Source: Candidatus Cloacimonadales bacterium
GTDB lineage: Bacteria > Cloacimonadota > Cloacimonadia > Cloacimonadales > JAIOQZ01
DNA length: 64,000 bases
Assembly (NCBI GenBank): GCA_963674825.1
Contig: OY771587.1
Coordinates: 2,880,001-2,944,000, forward strand
Reading direction: 5' to 3'
The notes under the pieces are model-generated. The model had not been told where the DNA came from. It worked only from the letters and a program-made list of their open reading frames with translations, and searched no databases. This document shows, piece after piece, positions 19,412-27,881 of this stretch. The stretch's first letter is position 1. Every line of letters starts with the position of its first letter. The translations under genes were made by a program, and so were the position numbers.

Positions 19412-21394
19412 CTATCCTATTCCAATTGCTTTCATCAGTTCTGCGAAGCTGGGTTCGTCATCCTCGCCAGACTTTCGCTCTTCTTGAATGGTCTCGGTCT
19501 CCGCCGACGCTCTGACGATGTCATCGATGGTCAGCGTCGGTTCCGGTTGCTCGATCAGCGGCTGGTCGGCGAAGATTTCACCGATCTGGTCGGTCGCCGG
19601 TTGCTGTATCTGGCCGACGGCTTCGTTGACCTTCAGAAGTATCTTCTCGGACGATTCCTGCACGTTCTTCTCGAGCTTGCGAATGCCCTGTAGCTCTTTC
19701 TGAAGGGCCTTCTGTGCCTGCGGCTTGTCCTTGGCGAGATGGATGAATGGATGCTGGTGTCGTCGCGCTTCGGCCTGACAAATGAAGCGGTTTTTCGCGT
19801 CGTAAACGAGCACCGAGCGCATGTCCATCAGGTCGTAACGTATCGTGACCTTGTCGCCGATGTGCTGTATGAGCTCGTCGTGCCAGAAGTGGATGTTGCT
19901 GAATCTGACTCCCGATGCCTGCACCACACGGTCGGTGGCCGCGAGCATTAGGAAGTTGAGCCTTGCTGGATCAATTTTCTGGTCGTCAGGCACGATGGCG
20001 TTGTGAAAAACCTCGGCCGGTTTCGCGCCGTTGAGTCCACCATGGGGTGTCAGGCCGTACATCTTCTCGATGTAGAGTCCGATCATCGCCTTCGCCTGCG
20101 GGATGGTCAGCGGTTTGCCAGCGAAGATGTTTCTGACCCATTTCTCATTGCGCTTCAGCGTCGCAGGTTTGTCATTGATGGAGCCGCCCCGGAAGGTCGT
20201 CATGTACCGCTCAAAATCGTCCTGAAACGTTCTGAAGAACCTCTCGACTACCTTGGCGCGCGCGTTGTAGGCCTTGGCGAACGCCACTCCGATGCCGAGT
20301 CGCGGGAAGATACCCTCCAGCTCCTTGCTCAAGTCGTGCTTCTCCCACTGCTTGTTGAACAACTTCGAGCGGAAGGCCTTGCCATTGTCCAAATAGACGT
20401 ATTTCGGCCTGCCACCCCAGTGCATGATCGAATTGCGAAGTGCGAGAAGAACATGCTGTGAGTCTTCCGAGACCGCCAGCGACGCTCCCACCGGATAACG
20501 GGAAGCCCAGTCGAAGAACATGATCATCGTCATGCGTCTGGGTTTTCCGGTAGCCGGATCGATGATGTCGAAGGCGAGCTTGTGGCCGTCAGCAACCCAT
20601 ACGTCGCCGACCTCGAGTTCGTCACTGCGAAGGACACTGAGAATGCCTGTTTCTTTGAGGCTCTTCTTGCCATTGCGGAGCAAGTTCCACTCAGGCTTGT
20701 GGCTGTCGCGCCACTCCTCGCACCAGCGGCGGAGGGTTATCTTGCTGGCGGGTGACTCGAACCTATCGAGTGCCTCCATCTGTTTGAGCTTCCTGATGGC
20801 TGATCCGATGGTGACGCGATTCGGATTGAGTAACAGGTGGAGCAGGAAATTCTTCTCCGTCTCAGTGAGGTTTCGTTCCGGCTGCCCAAGCTTACGGCTT
20901 CGAATCAACACCTCGCTGCTCCTACTCGCGGCTTCATACTGCTTCACCCAGCGTCGAAGCGTACGCTCTCCATGCTTACCTTCAAGCTTGAACAACTCAG
21001 GAAGCAAATCACCAGCATTGTAGCTCGCAGTCATTGACTTCCACGTCTCCGTCCGCGATTCCGACTCATCGAGCTCTTCGATAATCAACTCGCATAGCCT
21101 TGCACGCAGATCAGCTTGTTTCTGCAGATCAAGCGGAACAACGATCTTGGGGCGTAAATCAGGGATTGAGTCGTCAATCGCAGCAGGCAATGACTCCGTG
21201 AGAGTGGGAAACGGCGTTACCTGACCTGTCTTTTCTACGAGATAATCGTCTGGCACCTCATAGAGCTTCCTATGACCTCCGTGCTCCATCTTGACTTGTT
21301 TTGTCGACCATGCCTGCTTCTTTGCGATTTTATACAGACCAGGTCGAGTAACATCCAACATATCGCACAATTCATTACTCGATAGCCAAGTCAT
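19412..21394 (-). CDS. MuA-like DDE transposase
   Basis: N-terminal HTH; WVADGH, YLDNGKAF, AKVVERFF catalytic DDE; Mu-transposase C-terminal-like RYD..D...V.VYD...FIC.A. Confidence 0.9.
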   Translation of the reverse strand: MTWLSSNELCDMLDVTRPGLYKIAKKQAWSTKQVKMEHGGHRKLYEVPDDYLVEKTGQVTPFPTLTESLPAAIDDSIPDLRPKIVVPLDLQKQADLRARLCELIIEELDESESRTETWKSMTASYNAGDLLPELFKLEGKHGERTLRRWVKQYEAASRSSEVLIRSRKLGQPERNLTETEKNFLLHLLLNPNRVTIGSAIRKLKQMEALDRFESPASKITLRRWCEEWRDSHKPEWNLLRNGKKSLKETGILSVLRSDELEVGDVWVADGHKLAFDIIDPATGKPRRMTMIMFFDWASRYPVGASLAVSEDSQHVLLALRNSIMHWGGRPKYVYLDNGKAFRSKLFNKQWEKHDLSKELEGIFPRLGIGVAFAKAYNARAKVVERFFRTFQDDFERYMTTFRGGSINDKPATLKRNEKWVRNIFAGKPLTIPQAKAMIGLYIEKMYGLTPHGGLNGAKPAEVFHNAIVPDDQKIDPARLNFLMLAATDRVVQASGVRFSNIHFWHDELIQHIGDKVTIRYDLMDMRSVLVYDAKNRFICQAEARRHQHPFIHLAKDKPQAQKALQKELQGIRKLEKNVQESSEKILLKVNEAVGQIQQPATDQIGEIFADQPLIEQPEPTLTIDDIVRASAETETIQEERKSGEDDEPSFAELMKAIGIG

Positions 21395-21627
21395 CCTATC
21401 CTCCTTCTCGCGTCTCTCGCATTTATGCTATATGCTTCTCCAGTAATCTGACTCAATTCCGGTTCGAGAAGTTCGAGGAATGCATCTGCTTTTCGCATAT
21501 TCTTCTCGCCCTTCATATAATATTCCAACATCCGCATCGAAATTCCTATGGTTTCCGAAATCTCGGAAATGCTGATTCCCTTAAGCTTTATGGCTGCTTT
21601 GAACTGGTTTTGCGTGTGCTTTTTCAA
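21391..21627 (-). CDS. Cro/Ner-like HTH regulator
   Basis: Small XRE-type HTH divergent from the repressor; TTG start with GGAG SD. Confidence 0.7.
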   Translation of the reverse strand: MKKHTQNQFKAAIKLKGISISEISETIGISMRMLEYYMKGEKNMRKADAFLELLEPELSQITGEAYSINARDARRRIG

Positions 21628-21657
21628 TCCGTTCTCCCTTCCGTTGAAAATTTTCCA

Positions 21658-21742
21658 TTGACATCGGTTCGTGTTTGTGCAATTTCGAGTTCATGCATCA
21701 TTAAAGAAGAATTGCGTGAGAAATGTCAACAGATTTCTCGCA
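21658..21742. promoter_or_regulatory. Lysis/lysogeny switch region with putative promoters and an operator
   Basis: TTGACA on + (21658-63); TTGACA-18 bp-TTTAAT on - (-35 at 21724-29); inverted repeat GAGAAAT-N8-ATTTCTC (21718-21739) over the minus -35. Confidence 0.5.
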
Positions 21743-21770
21743 TAAACTGTAAGTCATTGCAGGAGAAAGC

Positions 21771-22514
21771 ATGGAAGTAAAAGACAGATTGGCGGCTGTA
21801 ATTAAGTCGTTAGAAATGAAAAAGATGGATTTTGCGTCGTCTATCGGCGTGTCGACCGGAAACCTTTCGGACTGGCTCTCTGACAAGAAAAAAAGCAAGC
21901 CATCCATTGATGCGCTGGTTCGTATTTGCGAAATGCATGCCGTGAACATGAACTGGTTGCTCACTGGTCAAGGCTCGATGTTCATCGATCCGTATCCTGA
22001 AGCGTTACTCGAGACCGAGGATGGTAGGAAAAAGCGACTCGAAATGCTCAAGCACACGGTCAAGACAATCGACGGCAGGCCGTATAATCCGTCGGACAAC
22101 TACTTCAGCCGGACGGTGAGTCTGCCGGTGGAAGCGGAGATTGCGGCGGGGCCTCCCGTGAAGGCGAAGAAAGACAGCCTCGCGTATATCGAAATCCCGC
22201 GCGTGTTCCTTTCGAGTGATACGGTGAACTACTGCGTGTTCCGAGTGAACGGACACAGTATGGAGCCGAACATCCATCATGGCGACATCGTTGTCATCCA
22301 TTACAACTACGACTGGACGAGTCTCGATGGTAAGGTCTGCGCTATTCGAACCGATGATGGCATCACGCTGAAGAAGGTGCAGCTCGTTCCGAAGCACAAA
22401 CAGGTACTCCTCCTCCCATTCAACAAAGACTACAATGTCATCGTGCTCGACGAGGATTCACCAATGGATGTTCACCTCGTGGGCGTGGTCGTCATCCAGT
22501 TCAGACTCTACTAA
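21771..22514 (+). CDS. CI-like repressor (XRE HTH + S24 peptidase)
   Basis: HTH; NWLLTGQGSMF; IAAG cleavage site; RVNGHSMEP (Ser) and TLKK (Lys) dyad. Confidence 0.92.
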   Translation: MEVKDRLAAVIKSLEMKKMDFASSIGVSTGNLSDWLSDKKKSKPSIDALVRICEMHAVNMNWLLTGQGSMFIDPYPEALLETEDGRKKRLEMLKHTVKTIDGRPYNPSDNYFSRTVSLPVEAEIAAGPPVKAKKDSLAYIEIPRVFLSSDTVNYCVFRVNGHSMEPNIHHGDIVVIHYNYDWTSLDGKVCAIRTDDGITLKKVQLVPKHKQVLLLPFNKDYNVIVLDEDSPMDVHLVGVVVIQFRLY

Positions 22515-22584
22515 TCAGCCGACAGGGTTCCTAACGGTTTTTGCTTGACCCGACTTTAACCAGTCGGGTTTCTTGTTGGGTGTG

Positions 22585-22895
22585 GTTACTATCGTGCGAA
22601 TTATCGCCGGTTACTACCGATTGGTTACTATCGGCTGTTGGTTCGGGTTACTACCGAGTTACTATCGGTTGGTTACTATCGCTGATTTTCGGTTACTATC
22701 GCAAGCTCAAAGGCTTTCGCACTATCTCGCGAAATATGAAGGAACTAAACAGCCTCGAAAGTGAACCCGATGTGCCATCTTCGGGATACTGAAAGGGACG
22801 ATAGTAACCGGCCTTGCCAACAAGTTACTATCGCCCAATATGGCCTAACAGATTATAGCGTCGCAGGATGTCCCGTCCCCCCGATCGATAGTAAC
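22585..22895. repeat. Array of 10-bp GTTACTAYCG boxes (8 direct, 2 inverted)
   Basis: Direct copies at 22585, 22610, 22624, 22647, 22658, 22672, 22692, 22824; inverted CGATAGTAAC at 22799 and 22886. Confidence 0.9.
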
Positions 22896-23003
22896 TTCTG
22901 CCATGGGGGGTGAGACTTTATAATGGATATAGTTGAACTATCGCTTCAAAATTGGGTGGTCTATAGTGGCTGGCCTATCGCGGTCTATCGTCCAAAGTTT
23001 ACC

Positions 23004-23067
23004 GGTGTCGTCTCTTACCCCTAATCAGGCAGCGATAGGTCAGCTTGTCAAGGGGGGAGACTTTATA
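23004..23067 (+). repeat. End-like direct repeat, copy A (~64 bp, ~90% identical to 25395-25457)
   Basis: GGTGTCGTC...CCCTAATCARGCAGCGATAGGTCAGCTTGYCAAGGGGGG..ACTTTATA; a shorter related copy at 22886-22922. Confidence 0.85.
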
Positions 23068-23238
23068 CTTGAAGCATGTAATCTGAGCGATACAAATCAA
23101 CTGATGAGTCGATTGAAAAGGCTGAATATAAAGCAGAAGAGAGTATAATGAAGCTTAACAATATCGCATTTCTCATCAATCCCCTTTTCAACGGGAAGGA
23201 CCATCAAGAAAGTTTTGTCGGATTCTAATGATAGTCCA

Positions 23239-25218
23239 TCACTTCACAAGCAGCGCCTTCCGCATCAGGTTGACATCGTCGGTCGTGAGCTTGAGCAAAT
23301 AGACGCCCGACGCGACATCCTGCCCACGATCGTTGGTGCCGTTCCAGGAAACGTGGTGCTGCCCGGCGTCGTAGAATGCATCGGCGAGAGTTCGCACCTT
23401 CCTGCCACGGACGTCGTAGATATCGATCCGGACAGGCGATTCGTGCTTCAGCGTGAACGACACGATCGTGGAAGGGTTGAACGGATTGGGGTAATTGGCA
23501 AGACTCCAGTCGTACTGCGGCACTGTGGGATCGTCGTCCGAAAGCGGCTCGACGTGGATAAGCCAGTTGAGCCAGGAAGAGGTAAAGCCATCGTTGATTT
23601 CGCAATCGACTGTGTGATCACCGATTTCATCGAAGCATATTGATATCGTATGGAACGTATGCGTGAATTCTTCCGAATCCAGGTACCATTTATGCGTAAT
23701 GATTTCATCATCCATGTCCTCGTGATCCATGGTAAACATGACATACTCATTTTCGACTACGGTCATCTCCATTTCTTGTGGAGAATAGCTGATGAATTCG
23801 GGTGCTCTGTTTACCATGTTGATGTAGTTTTCACGGACAAGAGAATCACGCACACCATCACAAATCGTAATAAGTTTAACGGTATATACGCCAGGCGAAT
23901 CGTACAAGTGTTGTGGGCACCTCGAGTACGAATCGATTTCTCCATCGTTATCGAAATCCCATCTCCAGCTTTCTACTCCGTGCAGTGACATGTCAGCAAA
24001 GGTAATGGTTGCCGGCGGATGGAGCTTGGTATGGTCCGCTACAAAATAGGTGGCAGTCAATGAGTCCACGGTTACATCCATAAGGAAATCATAGGCTTCT
24101 GTCGCCATGGCTTGCTGTGTTTCAAGAATTGTCTCATCGTCTGGCATCTCGTTTGTCCAGCTATCGAAGTATTCGTCAAACTCATCAAAAAGCTGGTCTT
24201 CCATGGGAAAAATCTGGTCCCAAAGGCCGGTACCATCTTCGTTACGAAGCTTGTATGTATCTACGTATTTGCTATTGTTCGATAAATCGAATACATGGGC
24301 TCGTATCTCGGCAGCCCTTGTGTAGAGCGCTGAAGAATCTTGGGTGTTTGCCTCCATTGGCGGCTCGCCGACAGGGAAAATCGGGAATGCAATCGCACAG
24401 GTGGGATGTCCAAGCATCGTCCACATGGTGCTCAAACAAGGAGACTCGCCCGTCAAAACACCACGAAAGACCGCAACGGCTCTCGTATCGTCCGAGCAAA
24501 TGCTGTAATTGGATGGAATATAACCCCATGATATATCATTATTTGTATAGCCTTGGTACGGGATATCGTACGGATCAATATAATAATCGCAGAAATCGCG
24601 ACTATGAATCTGCAAAATCGACCGGTAGTTGATGCTGTCTGATAAAAGCAACTCCTGGAGTACATTATTGCTGCGGATATACCCAATAAAATCATCATCT
24701 CGACCACCAGGAGAATAATTCGTACGAACGATGAAGCCATTCTCTGCGTCCATCGTATCAAATTTGCTATAGGACCACGAACCAATTTCATACATGGCGG
24801 CAGCGCCGGTACTGTCGATCACGGCGAAGTTTCCATTCGTCTCTCTTCCCGTAAGATTTGTGCTGTCGAGAATAGCTTCGAATTCCTCCAAGGTATCGCA
24901 CCTGGGAAGGCAATACATCATCAGGCCACCATTGCCCATAGTTCGATCCAAGTCGTTTGCCAATGAATTGCTAATCGCGAATCCCTTATCGTTGATGCCC
25001 ATCCAAATGTAGCTAGCCCCGGTACTACCTACACCTATGAATCGGTTACTCCCATTATCAAAATAACGGACAACCTGTTCCGTTTCGATATCGCGACTTT
25101 TCCACATCAGGGGTCTGCCATCAGTTGTGGCGGAACCATTCGCGACACCGATAACCGTAGCGAAAATATTAAGGAAGTTCAGAGAAATCACAGACAACAG
25201 AATCAATCTTAGTTTCAT
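23239..25218 (-). CDS. Secreted Ntn-hydrolase (C45/C69-like) + PKD + FlgD-Ig/CTD protein
   Basis: Signal peptide; IGVANG.AT.DGRPLMWKSRD, MGIN..GFAI.NS, RTN; PKD (F.D.S...SW.WDFDNDG...P.H.Y..PG.YTV.L); NYPNPFNP...KALLVK. GGAGG RBS before ATG 25218. Confidence 0.78.
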   Translation of the reverse strand: MKLRLILLSVISLNFLNIFATVIGVANGSATTDGRPLMWKSRDIETEQVVRYFDNGSNRFIGVGSTGASYIWMGINDKGFAISNSLANDLDRTMGNGGLMMYCLPRCDTLEEFEAILDSTNLTGRETNGNFAVIDSTGAAAMYEIGSWSYSKFDTMDAENGFIVRTNYSPGGRDDDFIGYIRSNNVLQELLLSDSINYRSILQIHSRDFCDYYIDPYDIPYQGYTNNDISWGYIPSNYSICSDDTRAVAVFRGVLTGESPCLSTMWTMLGHPTCAIAFPIFPVGEPPMEANTQDSSALYTRAAEIRAHVFDLSNNSKYVDTYKLRNEDGTGLWDQIFPMEDQLFDEFDEYFDSWTNEMPDDETILETQQAMATEAYDFLMDVTVDSLTATYFVADHTKLHPPATITFADMSLHGVESWRWDFDNDGEIDSYSRCPQHLYDSPGVYTVKLITICDGVRDSLVRENYINMVNRAPEFISYSPQEMEMTVVENEYVMFTMDHEDMDDEIITHKWYLDSEEFTHTFHTISICFDEIGDHTVDCEINDGFTSSWLNWLIHVEPLSDDDPTVPQYDWSLANYPNPFNPSTIVSFTLKHESPVRIDIYDVRGRKVRTLADAFYDAGQHHVSWNGTNDRGQDVASGVYLLKLTTDDVNLMRKALLVK

Positions 25219-25297
25219 ATAACCTCCTATTTTCAACAAGAATAGGAAGCGACTTCAAGCCTGGCAAGAAAAATTTTACAGAATGCCGAAAATCTTG

Positions 25298-25402
25298 ATC
25301 ACTTCACAAGCAGCGCGTTCCGCATCAGATTGACATCGTCGGTCGTGAGCTTGAGCAAATAGACGCCCGATGCGACTCCCTGCCCACGGTCGTTGGTGTC
25401 GT
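25298..25402 (-). pseudogene. Orphan 105-bp copy of the 3' end (CTD tail and stop) of the 23239-25218 gene
   Basis: 98/105 identical to 23238-23342. Confidence 0.85.
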
Positions 25403-25457
25403 CACTCAACCCTAATCAAGCAGCGATAGGTCAGCTTGCCAAGGGGGGGACTTTATA
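25395..25457 (+). repeat. End-like direct repeat, copy B
   Basis: Aligns to 23004-23067 with 5 substitutions and 1 indel. Confidence 0.85.
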
Positions 25458-25633
25458 ATAGGTGAAAAGGCGCGCTGTGCCTGGGTACGCAGGCGTCTCG
25501 TCAGTGTTACCATGTTCAGCTTCTGTAGCCACCGTGAAAACATGCCGCGTATGTTTTTTAGAAAATCAGTAACAGGAAACATTAATATTGACAATAATCA
25601 TGACACCTTTCCAATATTTATTTAGCGCAATAT

Positions 25634-26656
25634 ATGGAGGAACCCATGAAAGTCAATTTCATTATAGTCCACGAGTTAAAGAAACTTCAACATGTGCAAG
25701 GCGCAGAATTGATTTCTTCAAACACTGTTATGCCGCTAAATCAGTCCTCAATCGCATTAATAACTGAATTGAACAAGCGATTTCAAGGACAGAATTCATT
25801 CAATGCCCAGTTTGGTGATGCAGGAAAAGTGTTCCCATCGAAATTTTTACTATATCGTAACTACCGAAATGAGGATACCTTTATTGACTTTACTACCAGT
25901 GTATGTGACGATTTACGAAGTAGAATTGAATTAAGCGCTCCTGCTAAAGGAGGGTATCTTGTTTTCGCAGATTATGAAGAGTATGGAAGCTTTGTGGCCG
26001 TCTTTCTTATCAGAAACAAAGATGGCATGCTCTTCGTAAGGAGCGATAATGGATATGTTTTAGCTAACAATATTCAGCATATTGATTTTGAAAGTATGGC
26101 AATGGCATGTAGAATAAACTGCGGTGTTCTTAGCAAACTGGATAGCGATGAGAGATATCTACGGTTCACCAAAAGAGATAGTGAAGATATTTCTGCCTAT
26201 TTCAGAGAATGGATAACTGTCAAAGACACTGAAAGTATGAAAGAAAATACTAGGAATTTATATCAAGCGCTGAAAGAGATTCCCAAACGATTAGACTCAG
26301 AAGGCAATGAGCTTAGCGAGGATGAATTAATGGTGAAGGCGGTTACTTATATTAAAGATAATCGAAAACGAGTCAATCTTAGATTGCTGAGTTTGTATTT
26401 ATATGCAGATGATAATGTAATTCGCGATTATGCTCATGAAAATAATTTAGCACTTGATAGCGAATTTGTTGCTGATTCAAGAATGCTAAATCGCTACACT
26501 CTTGTCAAGGCAAAGGCGGGAGATTTGGAATTGAAATTTCCAAGAAGATACTATAACAATAAAGTGTCAATTCATCCGAATAAAGATATTATAACAATCA
26601 ACTCTCATGATCTAGCTGAAGAAATACGAAAAATTGTGGGGACTAATGAAATCTGA
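25634..26656 (+). CDS. Nucleoid-associated protein family (NdpA/YejK, 37-kD) homolog
   Basis: IVHEL.K, A.GGYLVFADY, HIDF....MACRIN, YL.F......IS.YF..WI motifs; AT-rich. Likely start ATG 25646 after GGAGG. Confidence 0.72.
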   Translation: MEEPMKVNFIIVHELKKLQHVQGAELISSNTVMPLNQSSIALITELNKRFQGQNSFNAQFGDAGKVFPSKFLLYRNYRNEDTFIDFTTSVCDDLRSRIELSAPAKGGYLVFADYEEYGSFVAVFLIRNKDGMLFVRSDNGYVLANNIQHIDFESMAMACRINCGVLSKLDSDERYLRFTKRDSEDISAYFREWITVKDTESMKENTRNLYQALKEIPKRLDSEGNELSEDELMVKAVTYIKDNRKRVNLRLLSLYLYADDNVIRDYAHENNLALDSEFVADSRMLNRYTLVKAKAGDLELKFPRRYYNNKVSIHPNKDIITINSHDLAEEIRKIVGTNEI

Positions 26657-27839
26657 TGCTTTGGATAAGATTCATGAGCTCGCAAATCTTATTTCAAGGT
26701 GTAGCAAGCTTACTGACTACAAGACAGTTCGGGGCATTAGAAATGAGCTTGAGATTGTTGTATCTGCAGAGGATGTTTCACATCTGAAGCGTTATGGCAA
26801 AGAGTCAGGTTTTAGTTTTGATGATGGATTAGATTCCATCATCATTGATATGGATAGTATCCTATCGCAGATGTATGTATTCTTTAGCGTTGAAGAGTTT
26901 GAGGGGAAATGCCGTGAAAAGTATAATGACAGAGATGATTTGACGCTTTCGAGCTTTGCTGTTGTCGGGATAGATGGAGATTACGCAGTAGTTGAGAATG
27001 ACCGCTTCATTGCTGAATCTGGACAAATCGTAAATAAGGTACTAGGTATTGAGCTCTTTTACATCTTTGCACATAAACTCAGGAGTATCTCAAACTATGT
27101 GGATGAAACAACTCACGAGTATGTTATTTTCACTTCCAACAAAGGAGTTATGAAAATGGCTCTTGGTGAGAGACGTTTTGATAAGAACAACGATTGTCAT
27201 AAATTACAGTCCAGCATAGAACGCTTCAATATTGTCGCAAGCGATAAGATAAAACTCGATTTCATTCGAAGTTCAATAATAGACAACATTGAAAGCGCGG
27301 AACGAAGAGACGTAGCCGCTATTTTATCTCGGCTTGATAATATTCTAGACGATGCTGAGCGAAATCACCAATTATACTTGGAGCAGTTTTCTTTCGAGAA
27401 GTTTAAAACATCTTGGGACAAGGAAAAAGAGAAATATTTCAATGATTTCAGGGGGCTAATCACAAAAATAACAGCGCAAATGGCAAATCTACCAATTGCC
27501 TTGATAGCGTTTGTGCTTACTTCAAATGGAAAGTTGACTAATATTGCGATAGAAAAGATGTTTTTTTTAATATTCTCGGTTTATGTTTTTTCGACATTAT
27601 GGATTCAGGTAACCAACATCAGTGAAGTCGTTGATTTGCATAGAAAGATAAGGTCAGAATTGGGGCGAATATCATGCAAATATCCCTCAACATATGGGAA
27701 TATTGAACAAGAGGGGAGAGAATTGAAGTGCAAATCAATAAATCTGCTTCTCCTATCTTTAATTGTCATACTGGCATATGGCTATGTGTCGCTTAGTGTA
27801 ATATATCATTGCATTATGAACAAGTATTATATTTGGTGA
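26646..27839 (+). CDS. Hypothetical protein with coiled-coil region and ~3 C-terminal transmembrane helices
   Basis: ATG 26646 (MKSDALDK) overlaps the upstream gene end; Y...FSFEK.K motif followed by hydrophobic segments. Confidence 0.7.
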   Translation: MKSDALDKIHELANLISRCSKLTDYKTVRGIRNELEIVVSAEDVSHLKRYGKESGFSFDDGLDSIIIDMDSILSQMYVFFSVEEFEGKCREKYNDRDDLTLSSFAVVGIDGDYAVVENDRFIAESGQIVNKVLGIELFYIFAHKLRSISNYVDETTHEYVIFTSNKGVMKMALGERRFDKNNDCHKLQSSIERFNIVASDKIKLDFIRSSIIDNIESAERRDVAAILSRLDNILDDAERNHQLYLEQFSFEKFKTSWDKEKEKYFNDFRGLITKITAQMANLPIALIAFVLTSNGKLTNIAIEKMFFLIFSVYVFSTLWIQVTNISEVVDLHRKIRSELGRISCKYPSTYGNIEQEGRELKCKSINLLLLSLIVILAYGYVSLSVIYHCIMNKYYIW

Positions 27840-27881
27840 GTTTGCTGCGCATAATTGTACAATAAAAGTTCTATGCTGATT

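Larger units (their letters stand above)
1..23067 (-). mobile_element. Transposable (Mu-like) prophage, partial; continues beyond the left edge of the window
   Basis: Gene order repressor / cro-ner / DDE transposase / AAA ATPase / GemA-like / DUF3164 / terminases / head morphogenesis / endolysin / portal. Phage genes are GC-richer than the host. The right boundary is uncertain: end-like motifs finish at ~22922, ~23067 and ~25457. Confidence 0.85.

Noticed and set aside
18665..21394. Transposase + ATPase as a Tn7-like or CAST element
   Set aside because: No tniQ/tnsD or cas genes; the pair is embedded among phage regulatory and head genes.
22585..22895. Repeat array as a CRISPR
   Set aside because: Repeats are only 10 bp, spacers in the dense part are 1-15 bp and irregular, and there are no cas genes.
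22541..23148. Short ORFs across the repeat array
   Set aside because: Translations merely mirror the DNA repeats; no RBS or recognisable domains.
23238..25402. 105-bp near-duplicate of a gene 3' end as a DGR template/variable repeat pair
   Set aside because: The 7 mismatches are not adenine-specific on either strand, and no reverse transcriptase is in the window.
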